Below are positions 1-11,168 of a stretch of 64,000 nt of DNA, in pieces. Source of the DNA: Clostridia bacterium (GTDB taxonomy: Bacteria; Bacillota; Clostridia; TANB77; CAG-508); NCBI GenBank assembly GCA_016290095.1, contig JAEESU010000018.1, positions 4,987-68,986 on the forward strand. The letters are read 5' to 3'. The translations under genes and the position numbers were made by a program. A model generated the notes under the pieces. The model did not search any database and was not told the DNA's origin. It worked only from the letters and a program-made list of their open reading frames with translations. Each line of letters begins with the position of its first letter. The first letter of the stretch is position 1.

Positions 1-2551
1 AACTATATTCTCGCCCCAGTTTCTTGAAGCATTTTTTATTTTAATATGTTCTGTCTCTCCTTGTTCTTTACTTATTTGTCTAATTGTACTCTTTGTTGCA
101 TCAGAAACTAAAACATCTTTTTCTCCTCTTCTAATTCTTTCCAAATTAGCTTTTTCTGTTCTTCCAAGATTCATTAGCACATATCCTGCTTGTTGAATAC
201 TCATTACATATGTTGCATTTCCTGGTTTTGAATTATTCATAAGTACTACTATTCCTAGTTCTTCAGATGAAAAGATTGTATAACCATTAAGAGAGTTCCT
301 ACTACCTTGCAAAACAATATTTCCCATATTATCAAATCCTAATTGTGAAAATAGCTTTTCTTGTAACACAGGATCATTTTTTATTTGCTTCTTTCTTGGA
401 TCAGTATTTCCTGAAGGTAATCCACTTGTTGTTGGTTCACCTGTTCCTTCGCTTGATTGTCTTAATATAATTACACCAGATAATTTTCCAAACAATTCTT
501 TATATGTTTCATGAGTCATTATTGTTTCACCAAGTTCGTCTGCTTTTTCTTGAGTGATTATTCCTCTTTCAACTAAAATGCTTAAATCATCATGAGATAT
601 AAACCAGTTTTTAGCTAGTTCTTCGACTTTTTCTAAAGAAATATCATCTGGCAATAGTTCAGCTACATCAACATCTTCAAAACTTTTTATTTCTGCTATT
701 CCTTTTAATTCTTCAATATCCAATCCTTCTGGTGCAGAATAAAGAGTAATAAGTTCTTGTACACTTATATCATTTCCATCTATCAATATAGCTAAATTTG
801 TTGCTCTATCACTTAATGCATTTAGTATTCTGCAATCTGCTCCTAATTCTCTATAAAAACGTATTATATCATTATCTGTAAATAAAGGTTGAATCATTGA
901 ATTTTGTATTAACCCTTTATTATATAAAAGTACAATATCTTCAAAACCAAGTTCTCCAGAAAATACTGAATCTGAAAATTTTTCAAATGAAATAGGCACA
1001 TTTAGATTAATATCCACTCCTGCTTTTACTAATCCCATATATAATTTTTCTGGATCTTTAACAAATTCCAATCTACTTTGTATAAACTCTGAATACGCCC
1101 TTTTCTCTTCTGAAAATTCTTCAGAATTTAGTATTTCGTTAAGCTCTTCAACAAATCTGCCATTAAGTTCACCATTTTCTAACATTTCTTCAAGTAATTC
1201 CGCATCATAAAAAGAAACGATATTACATAGAAAATTAAATCTTTCTTCTTCATCTTCATATAGATTACTAAATTTCTTTAATTTTATAACATCTGTAGAT
1301 CTAATTGCTTTTCTAGAATGTAATAATATATAGTCTCTAAACTTTAATCCTTTTTCAAATTCATCTTGCCCTTCTTCCAATTCATCGTCTGAGCCTACTC
1401 TATACATATCTATTAAATCATCAGGTGTTAAAGTTGGTCTATACATAATTGCATCTGATGAATAAATTGCCATTAATTGTTTTCTTGATAATCCTAACAT
1501 AAAATCTCTTTTTATTGTTGTTTCACTATTTGTTTTTGATTTTGGACTTAAAAAGCATGTATAGTTTTCAGGTAGCCTTCTGGTTAATAATATTGCTAAA
1601 GCATCTGGATACATTTGTTGTATATGACCATATTTGAAATTTCTCATAATACTTTCTTTTTCTTTATCATTTGCTATATCATTTACAACTAATCTTAAGC
1701 CATCCTCTTCAGTTAAACTATCTAATAATAATTTTCTGTAATTTTTGTACAAGTATAAGGTAGCTTCTTTGTCATCTTTGCAAATTCCCCTTAATAAAAG
1801 TGCATCTTTTAATTCATAAGAACTAAATAAACTTCTATTTCTTCCTAAATATATGTGTTCAAATTCTTCATCTGACATTGCTTCTATTATTCCCATTTCT
1901 TTTAATTGATCATAATAGATTAGCCCATATTCAACTAATTCAGCAATAAATAAATTTGTTAAGTATGATTTATATTTACCATTTCTAATAGGAAATCTAT
2001 TGCTATTTACTTTAGAACTTCTATCTTCAATAATTGTTCTAGCCACATTTAAAAAGCTTACTATCCCCTCATTAACTCCTATTGAATCTTCAATACTGTT
2101 ATCTCTAGCTGATATTAAAACACTAACAACATCTTTATTAAATTCCATTATTTTTTCATGTTCGACTCCGACTAGATTAACTCTTAAAAGTTTTTCTAGC
2201 ATCTGCTCAACAGATTCTCCGTCTGAGAAAACATTTATCTTTTCTTCATCAAATTTCCTTAGTAATTTTTTAAATCCTTCTAATCCTGCATCTAAAAATT
2301 CTTGTGTTATTTCTACAATATCATCTCCATATACGCCTAGTACTTTTTTTCTATCACTATCATAATAAATTGAAGTCTGATTTACTATGTTTTTAATCAA
2401 TGAGTCCAAAAATGCATGTGCTTCACTCAGATTTACTCCTGCTATTTTTAATACAGTTCTTTTTATATATTCAGTAATATCTTTATCAGATATTGTACGT
2501 GGTTTAGTATCTAATTCTATTCCTTTAAATATATTTACTTTATTTTCTTTC
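1..2551 (-). CDS. large hypothetical protein (more than 850 aa; start codon in window, C-terminus runs off window start)
   Basis: Continuous minus-strand reading frame from ATG at about 2551 (RBS GGAGATATTTT then ATG) to position 1 without stops. Manual translation starts MKKENKVNIFKGIELDTKPRTISDKD. No recognisable catalytic motif. Consensus promoter TTGAAA-17-TATAAT lies upstream at about 2590-2620. Confidence 0.6.
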
Positions 2552-2678
2552 TTCATAAAATATCTCCTTCATAAATATATAGTAAAAATTAAACAACTAT
2601 TACCATTATATCATATTATGTAAATTATTTCAACTTTTTCACTATTTTCAACGCTTCTATTGTTTTTCAAAAAAAATA

Positions 2679-2703
2679 AAAACACATTTTAAAAATGTGT
2701 TTT
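2679..2703 (-). terminator. rho-independent terminator after small ORF
   Basis: Hairpin AAACACATTTT-aaaa-ATGTGTTT flanked by A/T runs. Confidence 0.5.
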
Positions 2704-2953
2704 ATAAACATTCAAATAAATCTACTTTTAAGATAATTTTTGATATTTTACTCTTATCACTTAAAGGTATTTCCCACCTTGATCCAGATATTGATCTTTT
2801 AACTTTATATTCTTTGGTTGGTTCGCCAATTATAGTATTAAGTTTTCTTTCTAGATCAGGTTTATTTGTGTATATTGATAAAATATTTTCATCATAAATT
2901 ACATTTACCACTGTCTCAAGCTCATAATCTTCTACTTGTTTATACCTTTTTTC
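2702..2953 (-). CDS. small hypothetical protein (about 83 aa)
   Basis: ORF track 2702..2965. Likely TTG start at 2953, placed 8 nt after AAAGGAG. No recognised domain. Confidence 0.4.
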   Translation of the reverse strand, partial: EKRYKQVEDYELETVVNVIYDENILSIYTNKPDLERKLNTIIGEPTKEYKVKRSISGSRWEIPLSDKSKISKIILKVDLFECL

Positions 2954-3091
2954 CAATTCAACCACTCCTTTGAAACCATTAAAGTTTCATTCTTTGTGGC
3001 TATAATATCATATTAATAAAGTTTTTTCAAATTCATATTTACTTGTGATTTTTAATTGTATATAATGCATTCGAAGGAAGGTGATTTTTTT

Positions 3092-4330
3092 ATGTTAGAC
3101 TTTAAATATTTAAAACACGGAGACCCTGATGTATACAAAGCAATAGAAGATGAATTAGGTAGACAAAGGAATAAAATCGAACTTATCGCATCAGAAAATT
3201 TTACAAGCGAATCTGTTATGGAAGCTATGGGAAGTTATATGACAAATAAATATGCTGAAGGATACCCTGATCATAGATATTATGGTGGTTGTGAATATGT
3301 TGATGTAGTTGAAAATTTAGCAAGAGACAGAGTAAAAGAATTATTTCATGCTGAATATGCAAATGTCCAACCTCACTCCGGAGCACAAGCAAACATGGCT
3401 GTATATTTTGCAATGTTAGAGCCTGGAGATACCGTTTTAGGAATGAATTTAGCTCATGGTGGTCATTTAACTCATGGAAGTCCTGTAAACTTTTCAGGAA
3501 AGCTATATAATTTTATCCCATATGGAGTAAGTAAAGAAACTGGAACTATTGATTATGACGAAGTTGAAAGACTAGCTATAGAAAACAAGCCAAAATTAAT
3601 TTTAGCAGGTGCTAGTGCTTATCCAAGAATTATAGATTTTAAACGTTTCAGAGAAATTGCAGATAAAGTTGGTGCCCTATTTATGGTTGATATGGCACAT
3701 ATAGCAGGTCTAGTTGCTGCAGGATTACATCCAAATCCAGTTGAATATGCAGATTTCGTTACAACGACTACTCACAAGACTTTAAGAGGTCCTAGAGGTG
3801 GAATGATTCTTTGTAAAGAAAAATATGGAAAAGCTATAGATAAAGCTGTTTTTCCTGGAATTCAAGGTGGTCCATTGATGCACGTTATAGCTGGAAAAGC
3901 AGTATGTTTTGGTGAAGCATTAAAACCAGAATTTAAAGAGTATCAACAAAAAATAATTAAAAATGCAAAAGCATTAGCTGATGAATTATCAAAACTTGGA
4001 TTTAATATGGTTTCTGGTGGAACAGATAATCACCTAATTTTGATTGATCTAAGAAATAAAGAAATCACTGGAAAAAAATTAGAAAAAAGATTGGACAAAA
4101 TTGGAATTACTGTTAATAAAAATGCAGTTCCATTTGATACAGAAGCTCCTAATATTACTAGTGGTATCAGAATTGGTACACCAGCTGTTACAACTAGAGG
4201 ATTTAATGAAGATGATATGAGAGAAATTGCAAGATTAATAGATTTAACTATTACAAGTTTTGAAGAAAAAGAAGATGAAATTAGAGAAAGAGTAAACAAA
4301 ATTTGTAATAAGTATCCACTTTATGAATAG
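3092..4330 (+). CDS. glyA: serine hydroxymethyltransferase
   Basis: Protein [48 protein letters not shown]... is the classic SHMT N-terminus, and the [11 protein letters not shown] motif is present. RBS GGAAGGTG precedes the ATG at 3092. The track's ORF start at 3056 is upstream of the RBS. Confidence 0.95.
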   Translation: MLDFKYLKHGDPDVYKAIEDELGRQRNKIELIASENFTSESVMEAMGSYMTNKYAEGYPDHRYYGGCEYVDVVENLARDRVKELFHAEYANVQPHSGAQANMAVYFAMLEPGDTVLGMNLAHGGHLTHGSPVNFSGKLYNFIPYGVSKETGTIDYDEVERLAIENKPKLILAGASAYPRIIDFKRFREIADKVGALFMVDMAHIAGLVAAGLHPNPVEYADFVTTTTHKTLRGPRGGMILCKEKYGKAIDKAVFPGIQGGPLMHVIAGKAVCFGEALKPEFKEYQQKIIKNAKALADELSKLGFNMVSGGTDNHLILIDLRNKEITGKKLEKRLDKIGITVNKNAVPFDTEAPNITSGIRIGTPAVTTRGFNEDDMREIARLIDLTITSFEEKEDEIRERVNKICNKYPLYE

Positions 4331-4338
4331 CAAAACAA

Positions 4339-4372
4339 AAAAAAGAAATGAGATTAATCTCATTTCTTTTTT
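4339..4372. terminator. bidirectional rho-independent terminator
   Basis: GAAATGAGATTAATCTCATTTC hairpin flanked by A-run and T-run, sitting between convergent glyA and a small membrane-protein gene. Confidence 0.7.
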
Positions 4373-4626
4373 TATTTGTCATTTTTTTCTTCTAAATTCG
4401 CTTCTTTATTTTCACCATCTTTAATTTTACATACTGCATATATTACTAATCCTATAAAAATAATTCCTATAACAAATAAAATTACAGGGCTTGCATCAAT
4501 ATAGCCGTCTCCAATTATTGGTCCAACAACATCTGCATAGCAGATATTTGAAATACCAATTAATAAAAATGATAAAATAAATAAAACTTTGATTGTTTTT
4601 TTCATATTTTTCTCCTTATTATTCAT
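4372..4626 (-). CDS. small membrane protein (signal peptide plus one TM helix)
   Basis: 84 aa with N-terminal hydrophobic signal and a TM segment GIIFIGLVIYAV. Overlaps the trxA stop by 8 nt, which suggests co-transcription. Confidence 0.5.
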   Translation of the reverse strand: MNNKEKNMKKTIKVLFILSFLLIGISNICYADVVGPIIGDGYIDASPVILFVIGIIFIGLVIYAVCKIKDGENKEANLEEKNDK

Positions 4627-4933
4627 TAATAGCCTTTATTATTTCTTCTTTAGGAGTTACTCCTAAAAATCTTTTTACTTCTTGTCCATTTTTTATAATC
4701 ATAATTGTTGGTATGCTCATTATTTCATATTTCTCAGCTAATTCCATATTATCATCTGAATTTACTTTACCAACTACTGCTGTTTCTCCTATTTCTTCTG
4801 CTATTTCATCAATGATTGGAGACATCATTTTACATGGTCCACACCAATCTGCATAAAAATCTAATAACACAGGTTTTTCTGAATTTAAAACTTCTTGTTC
4901 AAAGTTTTCTTCAGTTATTGCTTTAACACTCAT
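4619..4933 (-). CDS. trxA: thioredoxin
   Basis: 104 aa. WCGPC active site inside YADWCGPCKMMSPIIDE. Confidence 0.95.
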   Translation of the reverse strand: MSVKAITEENFEQEVLNSEKPVLLDFYADWCGPCKMMSPIIDEIAEEIGETAVVGKVNSDDNMELAEKYEIMSIPTIMIIKNGQEVKRFLGVTPKEEIIKAINE

Positions 4934-4944
4934 TTTCTTTCCTC

Positions 4945-5799
4945 CTATTTACTCTTTATATATTTTACAGCTGAAAGACCCGCCTCAGCTCCTTCATAAA
5001 CAGCTTTGCAAACTTGAAGTAATCCACCTACAACATTTCCACATGAAAACAATCCTTCAACATTTGTAGACATATTTGAATCTACATTAATTGAATCTCC
5101 ATTCGTAATTACTCCCATCTTTTTAGCAAAATCGCTGCCACCAGCTTCTCCTAAAGCAACAAATATTCCATCAATATTTAGTATTTCACCATCTTCAAAT
5201 TCTATTTGTCTTACTTTAGTATCTCCTAGTATTCGTTTTATTTTTTTATTGTTTATTTCAAAGTTAGTATCAGTTTGCATTTTTAAACCATTCGTTAATA
5301 TTTTAACATTACTTACTATATTTTGTAAATCATTTGCTTCACTTACTGCATATTTTCCATTTCCAATGACTACGACATTTTTCTTTCTATAAAAGAATCC
5401 ATCACATATTGCACAATAGCTTATTCCTTTTCCATCAAATTCATTTATACCATCAATATCTGGTTTTAATTTTTTATTTCCAGTTGCTATTATTACACTT
5501 TTTCCAGTATATTTTTCATTTGATGTTGTTACTTCAAAATTAGATTGCACTTTTTCTATATGAAGCACTTCTTCCCCTTTTACGTCTACACCTATATTTT
5601 GAGCTTGTTTTATACCATTTTCATACAAATCTTTTCCGCTTATTCCATTAGCAAATCCATAATAATTTTCTATTTCTGTTGCCTTTTCTAGATTCGATTC
5701 TCCATAATATAAAACAAGAACACTCATATTTGCTCTTTTCGCATATAAACTTGCAGATATTCCAGCAGGTCCTGCTCCTATTATTATAACATCATACAT
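4945..5799 (-). CDS. trxB: thioredoxin-disulfide reductase (short form, 284 aa)
   Basis: FAD-binding N-terminus MYDVIIIGAGPAGISA, redox-active CAICDG motif, and a second NAD(P)-binding Rossmann motif VVVIGNGKYA. Confidence 0.9.
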   Translation of the reverse strand: MYDVIIIGAGPAGISASLYAKRANMSVLVLYYGESNLEKATEIENYYGFANGISGKDLYENGIKQAQNIGVDVKGEEVLHIEKVQSNFEVTTSNEKYTGKSVIIATGNKKLKPDIDGINEFDGKGISYCAICDGFFYRKKNVVVIGNGKYAVSEANDLQNIVSNVKILTNGLKMQTDTNFEINNKKIKRILGDTKVRQIEFEDGEILNIDGIFVALGEAGGSDFAKKMGVITNGDSINVDSNMSTNVEGLFSCGNVVGGLLQVCKAVYEGAEAGLSAVKYIKSK

Positions 5800-5802
5800 T
5801 GC

Positions 5803-6246
5803 TTATTCCTCACTTTTAAAATAATCTAATATCTTGTATAATCCTTTATGCATTGCAATCACTTCTTCTGGTGCTAAATTTACACATTTAGAAATTTCTA
5901 TTGGAACTTCAAGCGCTTTATCACGAAGAGCTATTCCTTTTTCAGCAATACAAATATTTAAATTTCTTTCATCTTCTTTAGAACGACTTCTATTTATATA
6001 ACCTTTTGTTTCAAGTTTTTTCAAAACAGGTGTTAATGTGCCAGAATCTAAAAATAATTTCTCTCCTAATGATTTTACATTAATTTCTTTTTGTTCCCAC
6101 ATAACCATCATCACTATATATTGAGTATACGTTAAATCAAGTTTTTGTAAAAGTGGTTGATATCTTCTTACTAACTCTTTTGAACAAGCATAAAGCGGAA
6201 AGCATAATTGATTTTCAAGTTTTAAGCTATCATAATTTTTATTCAT
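5803..6246 (-). CDS. ohrR: MarR-family peroxide-sensing regulator (OhrR-like)
   Basis: 147 aa. N-terminal LENQLCFPLY reactive-Cys motif typical of OhrR. Winged-helix MarR core. Sits inside a thiol-peroxidase operon. Confidence 0.75.
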   Translation of the reverse strand: MNKNYDSLKLENQLCFPLYACSKELVRRYQPLLQKLDLTYTQYIVMMVMWEQKEINVKSLGEKLFLDSGTLTPVLKKLETKGYINRSRSKEDERNLNICIAEKGIALRDKALEVPIEISKCVNLAPEEVIAMHKGLYKILDYFKSEE

Positions 6247-6258
6247 TATTTTAACCTC

Positions 6259-6804
6259 TTATTTATTTAATAATTCTTTTACTCTTGCTTCTATTTTTTC
6301 AGGTGTAACTGTTGGTTCAAATCTTTCTACAACATTTCCTTCTTTATCAACTAAAAATTTTGTAAAATTCCATTTTATATCTGGATTATTCTTATAATCA
6401 GGATCCATGGCTTTTACAACTGGTATTAATACTTTTCCTTGTAAACCAGGAAATCCTTCAAATCCTTTTTGTGATTTTAAATATGCCCATAATGGACTCT
6501 CATTTTCACCATTTACATCAACTTTTTTGAATTGATCAAATTGTGTTTTATACTTTAATGTACAAAACTCATGTATTTCTGTATCTGTTCCAGGTGCTTG
6601 ATTTCCAAATTGATTGCATGGAAAATCTAATATTTCAAATCCTTCTACATTATATTTTTCATATAAGTCCTCTAATCCTTTATATTGTGGTGTAAATCCA
6701 CATCCTGTAGCCGTATTTACTACTAGTAAAACTTTTCCTTTAAATTGTTTTAAACTTACATCTTCTCCCTTTGAATTTTTTACTGTAATATCATAAATAT
6801 TCAT
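6259..6804 (-). CDS. gpx: glutathione peroxidase family thiol peroxidase
   Basis: 181 aa. VVNTATGCGFTPQYKGLEDLY GPx signature with catalytic Cys. FPCNQF motif present. Confidence 0.9.
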   Translation of the reverse strand: MNIYDITVKNSKGEDVSLKQFKGKVLLVVNTATGCGFTPQYKGLEDLYEKYNVEGFEILDFPCNQFGNQAPGTDTEIHEFCTLKYKTQFDQFKKVDVNGENESPLWAYLKSQKGFEGFPGLQGKVLIPVVKAMDPDYKNNPDIKWNFTKFLVDKEGNVVERFEPTVTPEKIEARVKELLNK

Positions 6805-6822
6805 ATTTTTTCCTCCTAAAAT

Positions 6823-6886
6823 AATTTGTACAGGTTATATTAAATTGTGTACAATCTAATTATATACAATTTAATTATCTTGTCAA
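6823..6886 (-). promoter_or_regulatory. sigma-A promoter (TTGACA-16-TATAAT) with overlapping OhrR-type inverted repeats (AATTGTA/TACAATT half-sites)
   Basis: On the minus strand: TTGACAagataattaaattgtaTATAAT, followed by TAGATTGTACACAATTTAA. Repeated ATTGTA/TACAAT elements resemble the B. subtilis ohrA operator TACAATT-AATTGTA. Confidence 0.55.
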
Positions 6887-6898
6887 TAGGTTTTGAAT

Positions 6899-6930
6899 AA
6901 AAAAATCTCGTATAAAACGAGATTTTTATT
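6899..6930 (-). terminator. rho-independent terminator after dfx
   Basis: ATCTCGTATAAAACGAGAT hairpin followed by a T-run on the minus strand. Confidence 0.7.
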
Positions 6931-6931
6931 A

Positions 6932-7312
6932 TTATTCTATTGTTGTTTTCCACAAACCATGTTTATTACAATATGCATATAATGTAGATCCTGGTATATA
7001 AGGGAATCTAGTTTCTGTTGATTGTTCTGGGTATAATCTAACTCTAGTAGTTCTATTTTCAGATACTTGAGCAATCCATTGAATATAATGTTCTTTTTCC
7101 ATTGGATGTTCAACCTCTCCAACTCTAACAACTATTTCATCTTCTACTCTATTCCAACTTGGAACATGTTTTTCTAAAGCTGCATCTGTTACATTAGCTT
7201 CCATAAGTTCCATTGTTTTTCCACAACACATAATATGTTCTGCATTTCCTTCTATTAATCCAACTATGTTTCCACATATTGGGCATCTGTAAAATCTAAC
7301 ATTTTTATCCAT
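6932..7312 (-). CDS. dfx: desulfoferrodoxin (superoxide reductase, 2Fe-SOR)
   Basis: 126 aa. N-terminal desulforedoxin CPICGN...CCG motif and a C-terminal neelaredoxin domain containing HVPSW plus His and Cys ligands. Confidence 0.9.
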   Translation of the reverse strand: MDKNVRFYRCPICGNIVGLIEGNAEHIMCCGKTMELMEANVTDAALEKHVPSWNRVEDEIVVRVGEVEHPMEKEHYIQWIAQVSENRTTRVRLYPEQSTETRFPYIPGSTLYAYCNKHGLWKTTIE

Positions 7313-7392
7313 AAATAATCCTCCTATATTTATTATGTTTCCATTATATTATTATTTTTATTAATTATCAATAACAATACTTACTTATTTTA

Positions 7393-7421
7393 TTGAATAT
7401 TATGTAAACTTATGGTATAAT
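7393..7421 (+). promoter_or_regulatory. sigma-A promoter TTGAAT-17-TATAAT
   Basis: Hexamer spacing read directly from sequence, upstream of the LPPTG surface-protein gene. Confidence 0.55.
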
Positions 7422-7494
7422 ATATATTAGGGGTGTATTTTCCCAACTATGATTAAAACTGTTGTTTTAAGTAAAATGACGGAGGATTTTACAA

Positions 7495-9593
7495 TGAAAA
7501 AAGTATTTTATAATCTACTAGTAGTTTTTATTATTTGCTTTATTTACTATTCATATTTCTATTGTTTATTTGCTGCTAGTCCTATTAAAGGTACAATAAC
7601 AGAAGATCTTGGTGATGGACTTGATCCAGTCCCAGTTCAAGGAGTTGTAGTTCGCTTAATTGAACCTTCTGGATCTTGCTTTTTAGCATATTCTGATGCT
7701 GAGGGTAAATTTGAGTTTAAGTCTGTTCCTTCTGGAAGTTACGATCTTGAATACAGATATGGTGATCTAGAAGTATTAGATCTTTGCCCAACTATGAATC
7801 TAACACCTGAGCAAGTTTTAAAATATAATGGTCAAGATTATATTGCTACACACATGAACGGTGTTACCGAAGAACTTGCACAACAAGTAATTCCTCAAAT
7901 TGGTAATACAGCAGCTCAAGTATTTTTAGTTGTTGATGCTTCTGGTAGTATGAAACTATCAAGTGACAGAACTAATGAGAACAATCTTACAAGAATGGAC
8001 ATAGTAAAACAAGCATCAAAAATTCTAGTTGATGATATTATAAAACAAGATGAAGACATATATGTAGGCTTAATTCAATTTAATTCAAGTGCTACAATGC
8101 TTAGTCACTTATGTAGAGATCCTGAATTTTTAAAAGAAAAAATTGATGGAATTGAACCATTAGGCGTAACTAATGTAGCACAAGCTCTAGAATTAGCTAG
8201 AAGTTCATTTGTTGATAATGAAGGTGCAAAAATAATCATATTCTTATCTGATGGTGAACCAACAGATAATATAAATAATGTAAAAGCAAAAATTGATCAA
8301 ATAAGAAATGAGGATATTGAATTATTTTCATTAATAATTGAAGATGATGTTAATACTGAAAGAATTAGAGACATTTTTAATAATTCTACTGTTTTAGTTT
8401 TTAAAAAGACTGGTTATGAATTAGCATCATGTATTGATTCATACATTCCACAATGGATCATACAAAAAGTTATAGAGATTAGAGAAGAACTACCAGAAAC
8501 TGAAACTCTGTTTGATATTCAATATGGTGGTCAAAAAGGAATTGAAGACGAAGACCGTAGAGAACTTGTGGATAGTAGTTTTAGTAATGTTTTTCATTAC
8601 AATCATAAGATAAACTCGTCAGATATTGCAGGAAGAACGAGACTATTTAAGGCACTTGAAGATTCAAGTGAGTTTTCTGAAGAAGAATTAAATGAATTTA
8701 GTAACGCAACATATATGACTGTAACTTATAAAGATTTAATCGTTAAAGATAATACAACTGTTGAAAACTTAGATTTAAGATTAAAAAGACGTGAACCATT
8801 TAGCATGCAAATATCAACAAAAGCTGTTGCAATGCGTGTTACTCTTTCTGATAATACTATACTTGTTAATGATATAGATGATTCAGAAAACTTTCATATG
8901 TTTTATGACTCTTTAGATGATGATATAGTTCGTGGCAGTACTGTTGAAATAGAATATAAAGTATGTATAAGAAATAATTCTAACACAATGGCTTGTACTC
9001 AATTACAATTATTATCATACTTCCCTGAAGGATTAACTCTTAATAACAATCAAAAGTTATTAACAAATTCTAGAAAAACAAATTACTCTAATGGATGGCA
9101 TCTAGCAAATAAAGATATACTATATGAAGATGGTATTATTTCAGAAGAAGCATATAATAGTGACTTAATGGATAGAGGGCTTGCAATGTTTTATGGAGAC
9201 TCAAACAGTGGATTATGTATAAAGCCTAATTCAACATTTGTTACTCATTTTGTAACAAGCATGTGCATTGGAGATGTATATCAAATAGAGTATAATCATT
9301 TAAATGCTGTTGAAATTGTTGGATATAGAAATACACAATATAGACGAATGGAAAATTTTGAAACACAATATTTAGACGAAGAAAATGGTTCTGTTAAAGA
9401 ATTAAAATCAAACTTTATAAGTGTTTATCCAGGTGATGGAAGAAATGGAGATATAGATTACGCAACAGATACAAATAGAGAATTCATTCTTCCTCCTACG
9501 GGAAAAAAATATAATAATATAGTTTTATACATTATGTTAGTATCATCAATAACTTTATTTATATCATATATAATAGTTAAAAAATCAAAATAA
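7495..9593 (+). CDS. LPPTG-anchored surface protein with von Willebrand factor A (MIDAS) domain and Cna-B/carboxypeptidase-regulatory-like fold
   Basis: GGAGG RBS at 7481-7485 then ATG at 7495, giving MKKVFYNLLVVFIICFIY as signal peptide. vWA MIDAS motif VVDASGSM plus DIVKQA and FLSDGEPTD. C-terminus ILPPTG followed by a hydrophobic TM and KKSK, a canonical sortase sorting signal. The track's ORF start at 7449 is upstream of the RBS. Confidence 0.85.
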
Positions 9594-9595
9594 GA

Positions 9596-9629
9596 AAAAC
9601 CCCATATTAACAATATGGGGCTTTTTTTA
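9596..9629. terminator. bidirectional rho-independent terminator
   Basis: AAAAACCCCATATTAACAATATGGGGCTTTTTTT, sitting between a convergent gene pair. Confidence 0.8.
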
Positions 9630-10952
9630 TCTAAAATCTTTTATTCGCTCTCTCAAATCATTAAAATCAATTAATTTCCAAGACCAGTTTTCTGGAGTTT
9701 CTGTTCCAGGAATATTAATTCTTGCACTATCATCTAGTCCTAAAATATCTTGTACTGTTATTATTGCGATTTTGGCTTTACATTTCATACAATATTGCAT
9801 AATTCCAATATTAACATTGATGTCATAGCATTCATTTCTTCTTAAAAATTCTTTTAACCTTTCTTTATACTCATCATTTAATGTTTTATACCAGCCGTGA
9901 ATTGTTTGACAATCATGGTTTCCTGGAAAAACAACAACATTTTCAGAAACATTATCTCTATCATAGAAATTATATAAATCAATTGAAAATTGTAAAATTT
10001 TTTGTCTTGTAAATCCATAATATTTTCTAAGTGCAACTGTTTCTTCTCTAATATCTCCTAAATCCTCAATAATAAGATTTTCAACTTTTACATCACCATC
10101 TTTAAGTAATTCATCAAAAAATGCATATCCTACACCATCAGCATAAAAGCCTTCTCTACCAGATTTTCCTATTGGTATTTTAAAAAATGAATCATATCCT
10201 CTAAAATAATCTACTCTTACTTTATCAAAAAGTTTTAAATGATATTTGAATCTTTTTATTAGATAGCTATAATTATCATTTTTCATTCTTTCTACATTGT
10301 ATACAGGGCTTCCCCATTTTTGTCCATCATTGTTAAAATAATCTGGTGGAGTCCCAGCTTCAAAAGTAAATTCGCCATTTTCCATTTCAAAACAATTTGG
10401 ATGATATTTTGTTTCTACTGATTCAAATGCTGGATAAACTGGCATATCTCCAATCATCTTTACACCTTTTGAATTAGCATAGTTTTTTAGTTCCATCCAT
10501 TGCTTGTACAATATATACTGCAAAAATAAATAGTATTCTTTGCTCTCTTTATGCTTATTACTCATATATTCAGCAAATTCGTTTATTTCTTCAAGCTTAA
10601 TAAATTCATAGTAGTGTTCAGTTTTTCTAAATTTACTAAAAGCTTCTATACAATATTTCTTTTTAAAATCATCATATATACCTCTATCTTTTCTTTCTCT
10701 GGTTTCAGCAGAGTCTATTAATCCATGTTCTATTAATTTATCTAATGAGATAAAATTTTCATCTAATGCATAATAGCTAATTGGTGAATATGGCATTAAT
10801 CTATCACTTTCATTAATAGGTAATAATTGCCAATACTCTATTCCATTTTCACTTAAGATATCAACAAATTCATATGCTTCATATCCAAAATCCCCAATTC
10901 CATATTTACTTGGAAGCGAAAATATTGGTAAAAGTACTCCTCTTTCTTTCAT
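9627..10952 (-). CDS. malQ: 4-alpha-glucanotransferase (amylomaltase, compact 441 aa)
   Basis: N-terminus GVLLPIFSLPSKYGIGDFG. FPGNHDCQTIHGWY and C-terminal ENWSWK motifs typical of GH77 MalQ. Confidence 0.85.
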   Translation of the reverse strand: MKERGVLLPIFSLPSKYGIGDFGYEAYEFVDILSENGIEYWQLLPINESDRLMPYSPISYYALDENFISLDKLIEHGLIDSAETRERKDRGIYDDFKKKYCIEAFSKFRKTEHYYEFIKLEEINEFAEYMSNKHKESKEYYLFLQYILYKQWMELKNYANSKGVKMIGDMPVYPAFESVETKYHPNCFEMENGEFTFEAGTPPDYFNNDGQKWGSPVYNVERMKNDNYSYLIKRFKYHLKLFDKVRVDYFRGYDSFFKIPIGKSGREGFYADGVGYAFFDELLKDGDVKVENLIIEDLGDIREETVALRKYYGFTRQKILQFSIDLYNFYDRDNVSENVVVFPGNHDCQTIHGWYKTLNDEYKERLKEFLRRNECYDINVNIGIMQYCMKCKAKIAIITVQDILGLDDSARINIPGTETPENWSWKLIDFNDLRERIKDFR

Positions 10953-11168
10953 AGAAATTCCCTCTTCTTTAGTATAAAATTTACACTTAAATTATACATT
11001 TCTTTTCTTTTTCATGCAATAAGAAAAATAAGTTTTTTAAAAGTTCTCAAAGCACCTAAAACTTGCTTTTTCCCGCAAAATATGGTATTATTAATACATA
11101 CGGGATTTATACCGTATAGTATCCTAGGTATCCAACAGTAACTATTGTGGACAAAAGGAGGCAATACC

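Noticed and set aside
3225-3413. Antisense or internal short ORFs from the six-frame track that lie inside confidently called genes. Examples are 3225-3413(-), 4030-4299(-), 4593-4856(+), 6614-6796(+), 13073-13255(+), 15455-15640(-), 17493-17744(+), 22668-22877(+), 24454-24657(+), 26979-27194(+), 33027-33508(+), 42629-42868(+), 43913-44389(+), 45977-48446(+), 57612-58069(+) and 59307-59612(+).
   Set aside because: They overlap well-supported conserved genes on the opposite strand or in another frame, have no RBS, and show the low-complexity composition expected from AT-rich antisense sequence.
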